A stretch of DNA of 64,000 nucleotides from Eledone cirrhosa (taxonomy: Eukaryota): contig OZ024746.1 in NCBI GenBank assembly GCA_964016885.1, positions 61,380,001 to 61,444,000 on the forward strand. The letters are read 5' to 3'. Within the stretch, counting starts at the first letter, position 1; each line of letters opens with the position of its first letter. The position numbers and the translations under genes are program-made. Under the pieces are notes generated by a model. It was not told the origin of the DNA and did no database searches. It worked only from the letters and a program-made list of their open reading frames with translations. Shown in pieces: positions 12,326 through 25,932 of this stretch.

Positions 12326-12615
12326 TACTCTTTTACTCTTTTACCTGTTTCAGCCATCCGGCTGAGGCCATGCTGGGGCACCGCCCTTGTTGCTACACAT
12401 TTTATCTCCAGCCTGTATAGGTTGGCCACTGGTGTAGGAGGGAGTTTGTTGCTGCTGCCCTTAGGTTTCCCTCGTGTCTTGCTGTGGGCTCATCCGGGAT
12501 CCTGGATAACAAGGTGTCGAGATGTTTCTTAAAGACATCCACCTCCACGTCATGCAAGTCTCGCAGATGCCTCGGCAGCCTGTTGAAGAGTTGAGGGCCC
12601 TTGAATCCCAGGCTA
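12326..12615 (-). mobile_element. 3' end of CR1-like family 2
   Basis: Almost identical to about 9577-9866. Confidence 0.9.
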
Positions 12616-12667
12616 TGTATGTATATATATGTATATATATATGTATATATATATGTATGTATGTATG

Positions 12668-12698
<31 letters not shown>

Positions 12699-12765
12699 AT
12701 ATATGTATATATATATATGTATGTATATATATGTATATATATATATATATGTATGTATATATATG

Positions 12766-12798
<33 letters not shown>

Positions 12799-12875
12799 GT
12801 ATATATATGTATATATATATATATGTATGTATGTATGTATGTATATATATATATATATATATAGGAACCAGTAAG

Positions 12876-12969
12876 ACCCCGACAGCTGAGCTCAAGCCGT
12901 TTCGACGGCTAATTCTGGACTAAATGAAAATTTATCCTGGTATTTAAATAGCCGATCTTCTCAAGGGGT
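12876..12969 (-). ncRNA. Type-I hammerhead ribozyme motif (U3-A8 core variant) in a ~320-bp unique island (12863-13180)
   Basis: ACCCC-TTGAGAA-GATCGGCTA...TAGCCGTC-GAAA-CGGCT-TGAGCTC-AGCTG-TC-GGGGT. All three stems pair and the cleavage triplet is GUC. Confidence 0.75.
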
Positions 12970-13180
12970 AATTCCATATATGGTCAAAGTGATTGTCAAA
13001 AATCAGTAGTAATTCTGTGGTTGCAAATTAGTAGGGGAGATGGTGGCTAAACCTGCCAGTAGGAGAAAGAGGGGAGGGGGTGGAGTAGACCCAATCAAGC
13101 GTTGGTAGTGCCAGCTACAGCTGGGCATGAGGTCCACCTGCGTTATGGTCCACCTGGTTCCTTACCACATTTCCTTCGTT

Positions 13181-15063
<1,883 letters not shown>

Positions 15064-15950
15064 TCATCATCAACGTTTAACGTCCGTGTTCCACGCTTGC
15101 ATGGGTTTGGACGGGGGTTTTCCCACTTGAGGCAAGAGTGATTGTCTTGCTCGCATAGGACTGTCTGGCAGGTTTTCTACAGTTGGATGCCCTTCCTAAC
15201 ACCAACCACATTTACAGTGTGGGTCTGGGAGGTTTTTACCGTGTTGCCTACATGGCCACATTACAGCGTGGACTGTGTGGTTTTTTGTCGTGACACCTAC
15301 ACGATCTCATTTGTTTCAGCACCAACATAACTTTACATAGAAGGGGGCAGTGTGGATGGGGTGGGGGGTGGTGGGACGGGGGTGTATTTTGTTAGAGATG
15401 CCTACTGACTGTAGTAGGTTTTACTTTGTATTTAGGTAAGGCGGGTCTTCTCTATTACTGAGTACCGCCAAAGGTCTCAGTCCAGTGACATTGTCTTGGT
15501 GAGGTGTAAGTGTGTGAGGTCGGAGTTTATCAGCTCGTCCCAGGTTTTTCTGGGTCTGCCTATTCCGTGGCTACCGTCTATCTTTATTGCCCTGCACTTT
15601 GTTATACAGCTATCGTCCTTCATGCGCATCACGTGACCATACCAACGTAGCCTTCTCTCTAGTAAACAACATCTGATCCCTCTTATTTCTAATTTTTTCC
15701 TTAGTTCGGAACAACCCCATTCTGTATGACTTGGTTTACTATCCGGGTGACCATGGTGTGTCCCACCGTACCAGATGCCTTCAGCATCTCGGCAACTATT
15801 CCGAAGGCCCAGCCGCCTTGCCTGTCTTCATATCTTTGATTGCCTTACTTATTATACTACCCTCGACTAACACTGCTGGTCCCTCTATTGGGTCGATGTG
15901 GGGGAGACTGTCTTTCTCCCATTTATTCTCTTCATTTACTCTCCTTTCTA
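15064..15950 (-). mobile_element. Internally deleted RTE LINE (family B) with long 3' UTR
   Basis: Minus strand ...MKTGKAAGP.GIVAEMLKASG...QNGVVP joins near 15707 to ELRKKLEIRGIRCC...WYGHVMR, followed by a module-containing 3' UTR and (GAT)n. Confidence 0.85.
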
Positions 15951-16358
15951 TAGCCTATATATATATATATAAACAACTATCTGGTTGTGGAACCAACCAA
16001 CCAACCAGAAATTTATAAGTTTGTAGATTTGTAAATTTATAAATTTATAAATATATAATAAATTGAAGTGAATGCATCTGGTGCGTGTGTTTCTTATTGG
16101 CAACATGACCCTCCCAAAGTATAACAATATCGGTTTCAACACACGATTTCAGATAAAGAATCTTGCTAAACAAATTCAGAAACGAAATATGTATATATAT
16201 TTATATATATATATATATATATATGTAGATAAATCTACCAAAAGTTTACGGTAGTGTCCAATCCGTATGAAGAACTCAATGTAATCCGGATATCATGGAA
16301 AGAAGAGATGCGTTCAAAAATCACTTTCGGTGAAAGATAAACGGAATACAGAGTCAAG

Positions 16359-16751
16359 ATAAAATATAAAAAAAATAATGAATAAAACAATGAAACAGTT
16401 CCTTATATTAAACAAAAAAAGTTCATTATTTAACGATCGTTTCTAGGACATATATGTGTTAGAATTGGCATGCATGTTCAAAAGATCTATGTACAAAATT
16501 ATACAAACTATCAAAGAGAATATACATACCATCACATATATATGCTGTCTTCAGAAATAATTATAAGAAGACAGCATATATATGTGATGGTATGTATATT
16601 CACTTTGATAGTTTGTATAATTTTGTACATAGATCTTTTGAATATGCATGCCAATTCTAACACATATATGTCCTAGAAACGATCGTTAAATAATGAACTT
16701 TTTTTGTTTAATATAAGGAACTGTTTCATTGTTTTATTCATTATTTTTTTA

Positions 16752-16760
<9 letters not shown>
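16359..16760. repeat. Long inverted repeat (about 194-bp arms, 14-nt spacer 16553-16566)
   Basis: Arms are reverse complements with about 3 mismatches seen. Confidence 0.95.
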
Positions 16761-16800
<40 letters not shown>

Positions 16801-17139
16801 GTATGTATATATATTGTTATATATATATATGTATGTATATATATTGTTATATATATATATGTATGTATATATATTGTTATATATATATATATATGTATGT
16901 ATATATATTTATATATATATATATGTATGTATATATATTTATATATATATATGTATGTATATATATTTATATATATATATATGTATGTATGTATATTTAT
17001 ATATATATATATGTATGTATGTATATTTATATATATATATATGTATGTATATATATTTATATATATATATATGTATGTATATATATTTATATATATATAT
17101 ATGTATGTATATATATTTATATATATATATATATGTTTG

Positions 17140-17174
<35 letters not shown>

Positions 17175-18694
17175 ATATATTTATATATGTATGTATATAT
17201 ATTTATATATGTATGTATATATATTTATATATGTATGTATATATATTTATATATGTATGTATATATATTTATATATGTATGTATATATATTTATACATGT
17301 ATGTATATATATTTATACATGTATGTATATATATTTATATATGTATGTATGTATATATATTTATATATGTATGTATGTATATATATTTATATATGTATGT
17401 ATGTATATATATTTATATATGTATGTATGTATATATATTTATATATGTATGTATGTATATATATTTATATATGTATGTATGTATATATATTTATATATGT
17501 ATGTATGTATATATATTTATATATGTATGTATGTATATATATTTATATATGTATGTATGTATATATATTTATATATGTATGTATGTATATATATTTATAT
17601 ATGTATGTATGTATATATATTTATATATGTATGTATATATATTTATATATGTATGTATGTATATATATTTATATATGTATGTATGTATATATATTTATGT
17701 ATGTATGTATATATATTTATATATGTATGTATGTATATATATTTATATATGTATGTATGTATATATATTTATATATATATGTATGTATGTATATATATTT
17801 ATATATATATGTATGTATATATATATATATGTATGTATATATATTTATATATATATGTATGTATATATATATATATATATGTATGTATATATATTTATAT
17901 ATATATGTATGTATATATATTTATATATATATGTATATATATATGTATGTATATATATTTATATATATATATGTATGTATATATATTTATATATATATAT
18001 ATATATGTATGTATATATATTTATATATATATATATATATGTATGTATATATATTTATATATATATATATATATATGTATGTATATATATTTATATATAT
18101 ATATATATGTATGTATATATATTTATATATATATATTTATATATATGTATGTATATATATTTATATATATATATATATGTATGTATATATATTTATATAT
18201 ATATATATATATATGTATGTATATATATATATATATGTATGTATATATATTTATATATATATATGTATGTATATATATTTATATATATATATATATATGT
18301 ATGTATATATATTTATATATATATATATATGTATGTATATATATTTATATATATATATATATGTATGTATATATATTTATATATATATATATATATATGT
18401 ATGTATATATATTTATATATATATATATATATGTATGTATATATATTTATATATATATATATATATATGTATGTATATATATTTATATATATATATATAT
18501 GTATGTATATATATTTATATATATATATATATATATCTATGTATATATATTTATATATATATATAAATATGTATGTATGTATATTTATATATATATATAA
18601 ATATGTATGTATGTATATTTATATATATATATAAATATGTATGTATATTTATATATATATATAAATATGTATGTATATTTATATATATATATAA

Positions 18695-18782
<88 letters not shown>

Positions 18783-18830
18783 ATGTATATATATGTATAT
18801 ATATATTTGTATATGTATATATATATATAT
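16761..18830. repeat. TA-derived array with GTATGTATATATATTTATATAT-type unit
   Basis: Direct inspection. Confidence 0.98.
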
Positions 18831-18834
18831 GTGT

Positions 18835-19167
18835 CATCATTTCATTTTGCCTCCGCTTTTCCCTGCTTGCAAGGGTGGGACGGGAACTGATTCTGGCTTA
18901 ATTTCTACAGCTGGATGCCCTTCCTAACACCAACCCCATTTACAGTGGTGCAGGGTGCTTTTTTCCCGTGGCACCTCCACGACCACTTTACAGTGGAATG
19001 ATATGGACCCCAGTCCCTATCATCTTATTTCTACAGCTGTGTAAACTGGAGCAATGTGAAATAAAGTGTCTTGCTCAAGGAAACAACACATCACCCGGTC
19101 TGAGAATTGAACTCACTACCTTTCGATTGCAAGGCCAATGCTCTAATCACTAAGCCATGTGCCTCCA
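18835..19167 (-). mobile_element. tRNA-derived SINE (CORE-like body + RTE-derived module + RTE-A tail)
   Basis: Reverse complement matches 55900-56238 and 58336-58675. Confidence 0.85.
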
Positions 19168-19225
19168 TATGCATATATATATGTATATGTATGAAAATTG
19201 CAAACTTGACTGTCACCACATATTA

Positions 19226-19264
19226 TGAACCTGAAGATTGCGAAAGCATGAAAGTACTTGTTCA
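19226..19264 (+). ncRNA. Minimal type-I hammerhead ribozyme motif (39 nt)
   Basis: TGAAC-CTGAAGA-TTGC-GAAA-GCAT-GAAA-GTAC-TT-GTTCA: perfect 5-bp stem I, GNRA-capped stem II, palindromic GTAC in place of stem III. Confidence 0.75.
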
Positions 19265-19436
19265 ATTAACACTTAGAATTTAATATTCTATCATACTATT
19301 TCATTATATATTTTAAAGGATTGTAAATAAAACGAGTAAATCAGACAAAGTTGGAATTCCTCTTATTAATATAATCTTCTATACACAATCATACACACCC
19401 GTGTATATTTACCTATCTATATATATATATATATAT

Positions 19437-19864
19437 ACCGCCTTGCCTATCTACAAAGCGAAACCTAGTCAGTAGGCACCTCTTAACCAAATATACACCC
19501 CAATCCACTACCCCTACCCTATCCTCCCACTCCCACCAACACAACCCTCTCTCTGTAAAGTTGGTACCACAACATCCAGTCCAAATAAATGAGATAATGA
19601 GATCGAGATCGTGTAGGTGTCACGAGAAAAAACACACAGTCCACGCTGTAATGTGGCCATGTAGGTAACACAGTAAAATGTTCCCAGTTCCACACTGTAA
19701 ATGTGGTTGGTGTTTGGAAGGGCATCCAGCTGTAGAAAACCTGCCAGATAGTCCTATATGAGCGAGACATGGTCCCCCGACCAACCTTGCCTCAAGTGGG
19801 ACAACTCCCGTCTAACCCATGCTAGCGTGGAAAATGGACGTTAAACGAAGATGATGATGATGAT
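19437..19864 (+). mobile_element. RTE family B 3' UTR copy, truncated at the ORF end
   Basis: Similar to the reverse complement of about 15064-15445; ends GGACGTTAAAC(GAT)n. Confidence 0.8.
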
Positions 19865-20894
19865 AAACAGACGTTATTTAATATTCTAAAGTATGGAAAT
19901 GTAGAACCATCTCTTCGTATTTACTTAAATACAGATACTCCTTCAGATACCTGTCTCTGTTATACCAGCTCTTAGTTAGGTGGGTACAACTGACGTGGAA
20001 TGCTTTAACCTGATTACACTGCAATCTTTTGATTCTAGAGAAAACATTTCACACGCTGGCAATCAACTGGCATCAAACATATATATATATGTACGTTTGT
20101 GTGTGGCTTTCAATCTTGTAATCGTAGACATGTAGGATGGAACTTAATGTTAAAAACAAAGGATTATGTAAATAGAGTTATTCATATTCTTACAACATGG
20201 CTATGGTGTTTCAGCAAAGCGGACGTTTGCCAAGCATCATCAAGGAAGAAATAATTTATTATGCTTAGCGAATGTCCATGTTGTGAGAATGTTCTGTGTG
20301 TGTTTAAAATAAATGTGAAAACATGTATTTAGAAACAAACATGAAATTTCTGAACAATAAATTCTCGTGAAATTTGCTGAATTGTGATTTTAAAAAAAAA
20401 TGAATAAAAATAAAATAGCATATTGCAATGTAATGAGTATAAAACTTATTGTAACATGCGGAGGGAAACTCCAGAGTAACAGGTCTCTAGATCAATCTAA
20501 ATAAATACTATTAATTTTTCTGTGGATCATTGGGTGACAAGAGACCTCCACCCACCATGATCCTGCTTGCAGGCCTGGCCATGATACTGTCTGTCAGGCC
20601 TTCCTCCACAGACCATAAACAGCTCTTGATGGGTGAGAGTTTCTGTAAGACCATCAATTATCTAGTTTGGTTCTGATTACAAATTCTACACAGATCCACT
20701 TTACCTGACATTTCTTCAGAATCAATAAAATAATGTCACCAATGTCCTGAGATAGTTTCAGTTAACTACAAAAATTGACTTTATGCTTAATTGAAAGAAA
20801 TTATTTCTATGTACATAAAAGTTTTTCTTCTTTGCAATTGTAATAATATGAAAGGCGCGAGGGGTCATAATTTGCTATAGATGCTCGATTCCTT

Positions 20895-21115
20895 GGTGGA
20901 TTGGCAGTGTTAGTAGAGCATCAGACAAAATGCTTAGCGGCATTTAGTTACAGCTCCTTACATTCTGAGTTCAAATCCTGCTGAGGTTAGCTTTGCCTTT
21001 CATCCTTACAGGGCCGACAAAATTAAGTACCAGTCATGCACTGAGGTTGATTTAACCCCCCCCCCCCAAGAAAATTGCTGGGCTTGTGCCTAAATCAGAA
21101 ACCATTATTATTATT
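20895..21115 (+). mobile_element. tRNA-derived SINE with Meta-domain-like body
   Basis: GGTGGATTGGCAG head, GAGTTCAAATCC B-box, and a diverged GCCTTTCATCCTT...AAGTACCAG body. Confidence 0.8.
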
Positions 21116-21194
21116 AGTAGTAGTAGTTGTAGTATTATACATCTTTCTCAGTCAGTCAGTGGTGCACAGTTGATATATCTTTCATATATATCAC

Positions 21195-21510
21195 CATTAT
21201 GTCTGCTGTTCCATACTTGCTTGGGTTGAATAGGTCTTTTCCAGCACAGCATCTCTCTATTTGTTGTATTCTTTCGTCATCTCCCCTGTGAGTTTTCAGC
21301 AATTTGAGGTCATCTCTCACCATCTCCTACCGGGTCTTCCTTGGTCTTCTACAGCAGCTTCTTTCTACTGGGATTTTCTGGCACTTCTTCACCCAACGAT
21401 TATCATCCATGCACATCACATGTCCATACCAACACAGTCTTCTCTCTTGCTCACTACATCTAATTCCTCTTACATCCAGTTTTTCTCTCAGTTCACCCAA
21501 CCTTTGTTGT
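21195..21510 (-). mobile_element. Degenerate RTE 3' end
   Basis: Minus strand reads WYGHVMCMDDNRWVKKCQK. Confidence 0.75.
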
Positions 21511-21671
21511 ACATGCTGTTCAATAAATGCACACTGACTTTTTTTACACTGTGTTACTCAGTGCAAAACAACACTGGGTATATAAAAGAAGCATTGACCT
21601 CTCTGGCAAGCTGACATTGAAACAACTTTAGCTCTACAAGCAGCAACTTTAGCTCTACAAGTAGCCATTAA

Positions 21672-21926
21672 CCCCTTTTGTTGCCATACTTCTAATGAAA
21701 GAGTGTGCTTATGGTCTTCAAATCATTTTGACACTATTCAAGAATTTTTGAGAGGATTTAGTGATATAATTAATTTTCTCATTACTAAGCTGGTGTTTGG
21801 AACATAACTTTACAAAGGTTTTTAGAGAAAATTATGATGGAAAGTTTTGACATATAAACACTTTATAATAAGCTGTTTTGTATCAGAGAACCAGAGGCAG
21901 TTTCAGGTGATTTGGTAACAAAAGGG
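21672..21926. mobile_element. piggyBac-like (TTAA) MITE
   Basis: TTAA|CCCCTTTTGTTGCCA ... TGGTAACAAAAGGG|TTAG. Related copy at 63648-63876. Confidence 0.65.
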
Positions 21927-22478
21927 TTAGTTAAAGACAACTGGTAAGGGAGTTTTTATGTGGTCATTCAACCTGCTAGAAATAGTAGGCAATTCTTCCT
22001 CATATTGTACTCTATTGCCTTAAACAAGGGAAGGACACATTCCATAATGTAACACTAAATACACTATGGATTCACAATTGTGAGGTTGTGAGTTTGATTC
22101 CTGGACCGCATGATGCATTACGTCCCTTCAGCAAGATGCTTTATTTCACGTTGCTCCAATGGTCTGAGGACTTACCATCCTTTTCTACTGTATTAATGAT
22201 ATTGAAAGTGTGAAAGATAAAGGTACCAGGCCACTGGCAGTATTTGAATAAAGTATTTTGTTCAACACTCTTCTGACTTTGCCATCCACTTACCATTGGG
22301 TCTGTATTGACAATTTCTAAAAAGTGACTTAGTACAATTGAGTTGAGAAAGTAGCTTAGCATCAGCTATAATGGTTAATATATACATCCATAATTTACCA
22401 TCCATTGTTTTTTGTTACCTGTTTATTGTTTTGTTATATTTTCATTATAGTTAATAAAATATAGCTGAAATTTATTAA

Positions 22479-22686
22479 CCCTTTAGCATTTGCATTATTC
22501 TATATTTACTATTGTATTTTCACAGAAAACACTTTATCTCACATAATATTGAATCTACAAGATTTTGATATTATATATTTTAAGAACAATACCTTAACAT
22601 AAGTATGAGCAGCTGGTTATGGCCAGTTTAAACAGAAAGAGGTGAGAGAATTCTGGCCAGATACAGCCTGTTTAAATGCTAAAGGG
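22479..22686. mobile_element. piggyBac-like (TTAA) MITE
   Basis: TTAA|CCCTTTAGCATT ... AATGCTAAAGGG|TTAA: perfect TSD and TIRs of at least 12 bp. Confidence 0.8.
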
Positions 22687-22802
22687 TTAAACTAGAGAGA
22701 AAATGTGATAAAAACTATACAATATAAATGACAATAAGGAAAAGAAAAAGAAATTAAGCTAGGAAAGAAAGGGAAAGAGAGAATGAGTGACTTAGATATA
22801 CA

Positions 22803-22992
22803 TAGGTGAGAGCCATAACAATATCAGTGTAACATGAGATGGAGGAGGAGAAGAAGAGTTAAGTGTTAGGTGAGAGCCATAACAACAACAACAATGTCAG
22901 TGTAACATGAGATGGAAGAGGACTAGGAGAAGAAGAAGAAGAGTTAAGTGTTAGGTGAGAGCCATAGCAACAACAACAACAGTGTCAGTGTA
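22803..22992. repeat. Tandem repeat, about 2.5 copies of a 65-85-bp unit
   Basis: TAGGTGAGAGCCATA(ACA)n..TCAGTGTAA repeated three times. Confidence 0.9.
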
Positions 22993-23230
22993 AGAGGAAG
23001 AGCTGTACACCAAGTAGGGACAAAATGGCAAATGCATTACCATGAAAAATGGCCAGTGACACCAACTGCAACAGCCACTCCACCTCATGTGGCTCCTTTC
23101 TCAGACGGGCTGCTGCCTTTCCAATTTTATGGAGGAAAACAGCAGTTGGAGGACCTGAGGTCTTGATGGAGACTGGCATGAAAAGGAAGCAGTTGGATAC
23201 CTAAATCAAATGGATGATGTATTCTGAGTG
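22985..23230 (-). mobile_element. 3' fragment of a CRE-like (restriction-like endonuclease) non-LTR retrotransposon
   Basis: FMPVSIKTSG...FLHKIGKAAARLRKEPHEVEWLLQLVSLAIFHGNAFAIL resembles the F.P.A.ETLG...QR.S.AIQRGNA..IL C-terminus of CRE-clade ORFs as I recall it. Confidence 0.6.
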
Positions 23231-23369
23231 AAAAGCTTGATGGTAGAAGGTAGTCTGTTGTGAGGGCTGTAGTGAGGTCATTTCTGAGAATATTAGGCTT
23301 CATAGTGATGATGATGATAATGGAAAAATTAAGGATGATATAATATATGTTGTATTGTAGATATAGTTG

Positions 23370-23520
23370 ATGAATTGGCAGAGTCATTTGGACGCCAAGT
23401 AGAATGCTCTGTAATATTTGTTCTGGTTCTCTGTGCTCTGAGTTCAAATCCTATTGAAGTTAACTTTGCCTTTCATCTTTTCAAGGTTGATAAAAAACGT
23501 ACCAGCACAATACCGGGAGT
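23370..23520 (+). mobile_element. Degenerate Meta-domain-like SINE
   Basis: GAGTTCAAATCC...TAACTTTGCCTTTCATC...GATAAAAA. Confidence 0.7.
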
Positions 23521-24444
23521 CAATTCTTCTTCTATATCATTTTCTCTTTTCTTCTTCATCCCTCTTCCTCCTTTTCTGGAAGAAATTGGGCCTGGTTCAG
23601 ACTTGATGAAGAGATGGGTTCTGCCAGGCTTTAAAATGCCCAAGAAACGCCACGTGTCACTATATGACACCCCTATGAGTCCCCCAAGAGTCACAGGTAC
23701 ATAGATACATACATCACAGACCTGTTTAACCTATGCCGACATGATAAAATGACAATAACATTCTGTCTTTCACTCACATAGCCTCTATTTTACAAGCTAC
23801 CTTTCACTGAACATATGGTAAATATTTTTTTGTTTGTTTTAGTAATGGTTTTTATCACTTCTCTCTCTATTTCTCTGCCTTTTTCTCCCACGCTCTCTGT
23901 CGTCTGTCTGTCTTTTTCTCCCTCTCTCCCTCATGTGAGTTAACTCTCACTGTTGTGGTAGCTACTTTTTACACTTCCATTCAGCAGCTGATTATCTCCT
24001 GTCCCCCTCCCCTCTCTCTCTCACTCACGAATTCTCTTCCCCCTCTTTCTCTCACACATACATTAACTCTTACTCTTTCTTTCTCCTCCTCTCGCTTACT
24101 AGAGGGGGATTGAAAGAGAGGGAGAGACAACCAGTTTTATAAATATATGATACCGATCATTTTAGACTCAGTGATATTGGAAGATGTGACAATCATGCCT
24201 TTCCCATAGGCATTATTGGTATCAGTGAAGTAAAATAGCCTTAACTAAAAAAAAATCAAAATTAGTTTATGAACAAAAGGAAAGTCCGTTAACGTTTTAT
24301 TATTATTTTTTGTTTTTTTTTCTTCTCTCCATTGGCAATGGAAATACTTTACATTATGTGGTTCACTGCTTTACTGTTTTGTATTGAAAATACTGCCAGA
24401 GTTGAGTCCGTCTTTCAATCATCTTGTGTTGATGGTTCATCAAT

Positions 24445-24447
<3 letters not shown>

Positions 24448-24497
<50 letters not shown>
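24448..24497. repeat. (GT)n microsatellite
   Basis: Direct inspection. Confidence 0.95.
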
Positions 24498-24500
<3 letters not shown>

Positions 24501-25061
24501 CCTCTATTGATGTTTTATAGTACAAAAACATTAGATCTCCAGATATTTATGGTAGAACTATGTATATAGTGTCTAATGTATGTCTGCATATAACTAGGAG
24601 TACAATTAGCCAACAAAGGCAGTTGGCTGTATGTGATTGCTCAACCTGCTAGACATTGCAGCCAAATCCCTCTCAAATCACACTTTTCTGTTTCAAAGTA
24701 GGAAGGAAACATTGAATAAAGTAGTCTTAGAGAAATAAAATGATATTATCACGGCTGCATAGGTCTGCTTGATTAGAGCCAACGTGCGGCTATATAACAA
24801 CAGCAACCAGAATTGCAAAGCCATATCTGAAGGTTTTGTACAACCAGCTTTGTTTTGGTTAATGGTTGTTGGGTATTGTAGAACTGGAGAAACTTCTGAC
24901 AAACTTGTGCCCATGAGTGAACCAATTGTGTGTTTGATTTGCTACTAATGTACGTGAGTTAGAGCATGATTACCAGAAAATCTTACAGTTTTCCTACCTC
25001 TGTACGTCTGCTCTGTTCAAATATATATAAGAAGTACACTGTGTATGTAGAAGTGTTTTTG

Positions 25062-25098
<37 letters not shown>

Positions 25099-25455
25099 TT
25101 TGGTGGGAGTAATCTGAAATTTGATCTGAATCTATGCATCTTCTCAGACATCCGAACCTAACAGCTTGTGTTGAGGACTTGCAGGATCATATTATGTCAG
25201 TGGCTTTCTATATTTCTGTTCCACCTAGCTCTCTTCTTCAACTTCTCTGTATATCTGTCTTTCCACCTGCTTGTCTTTCTAACTGTCTATTGGTCTTATC
25301 TGTCTTATCTTGCCTGTCATCTTGCTTTCTGCCTATCTCCTTTTCTGTCTGTCTGCTTTTCTATCAATTTGTCTATATAGATATCTATCCATCTGTCTGT
25401 CTTGTCGATCTCTCTATTCACTAATTTGTCTATCTATCTATCTATTATCTATATG

Positions 25456-25752
25456 GCCCGGGTGAATGGGCCTTCTCTGTATATAAACCTGTAGGTTGAG
25501 GAAGATAAACAGAGGGAAGACGGGAACACCTACAAAACGTGTTCCTGGTGTTGAGGGTTGTTCTATCCACGGGGTCTAAAACAACTCCGCGGAAGCGTTT
25601 ACCCCCCCCCCCCCCAATGGGGATTTCAATTGTTTTATTTTTATATAGTTTATTGTTATTTATCATTGTTGTTAAAGATTTTATGTAAAACCTCCGCCGT
25701 CACGTCTAGTAACGTCCCATTGTTGTACGCCCCTGTGGCAAATAAAGAAACA
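25456..25752 (+). mobile_element. Probable L1/Tx1-like 3' end with apparent 17-bp target-site duplication
   Basis: Flanked by TATCTATTATCTATATG (25439-25455 and 25753-25769). ORF end ARVNGPSLYINL*, T-rich UTR and AATAAA. Clade assignment is tentative. Confidence 0.55.
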
Positions 25753-25932
25753 TATCTATTATCTATATGTGTACATATATATATATATATATGTGTGTGT
25801 GTATTATATGTATATATATATGTGTATGTATTATATGGATATATATATATATATGTATTATATGGATATATATATATATGTATTATATGTATATATATAT
25901 ATATGTGTATTATATGTATATATATATATATG

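Noticed and set aside
16262-16345. Possible decayed hammerhead (TCCGT-ATGAAGA...ACGGA)
   Set aside because: Both core segments are mutated and stems II/III are unclear.
20558-20639. Signal-peptide-like mini-exon MILLAGLAMILSVRPSS...G|GTGAGA
   Set aside because: Short, with no recognisable homology or partner exons; equally plausible frames exist on the other strand.
23622-23662. TTGATGA...GAAACGCCACGTGTC hammerhead-like string
   Set aside because: Stem I does not pair and C3 is missing without compensation.
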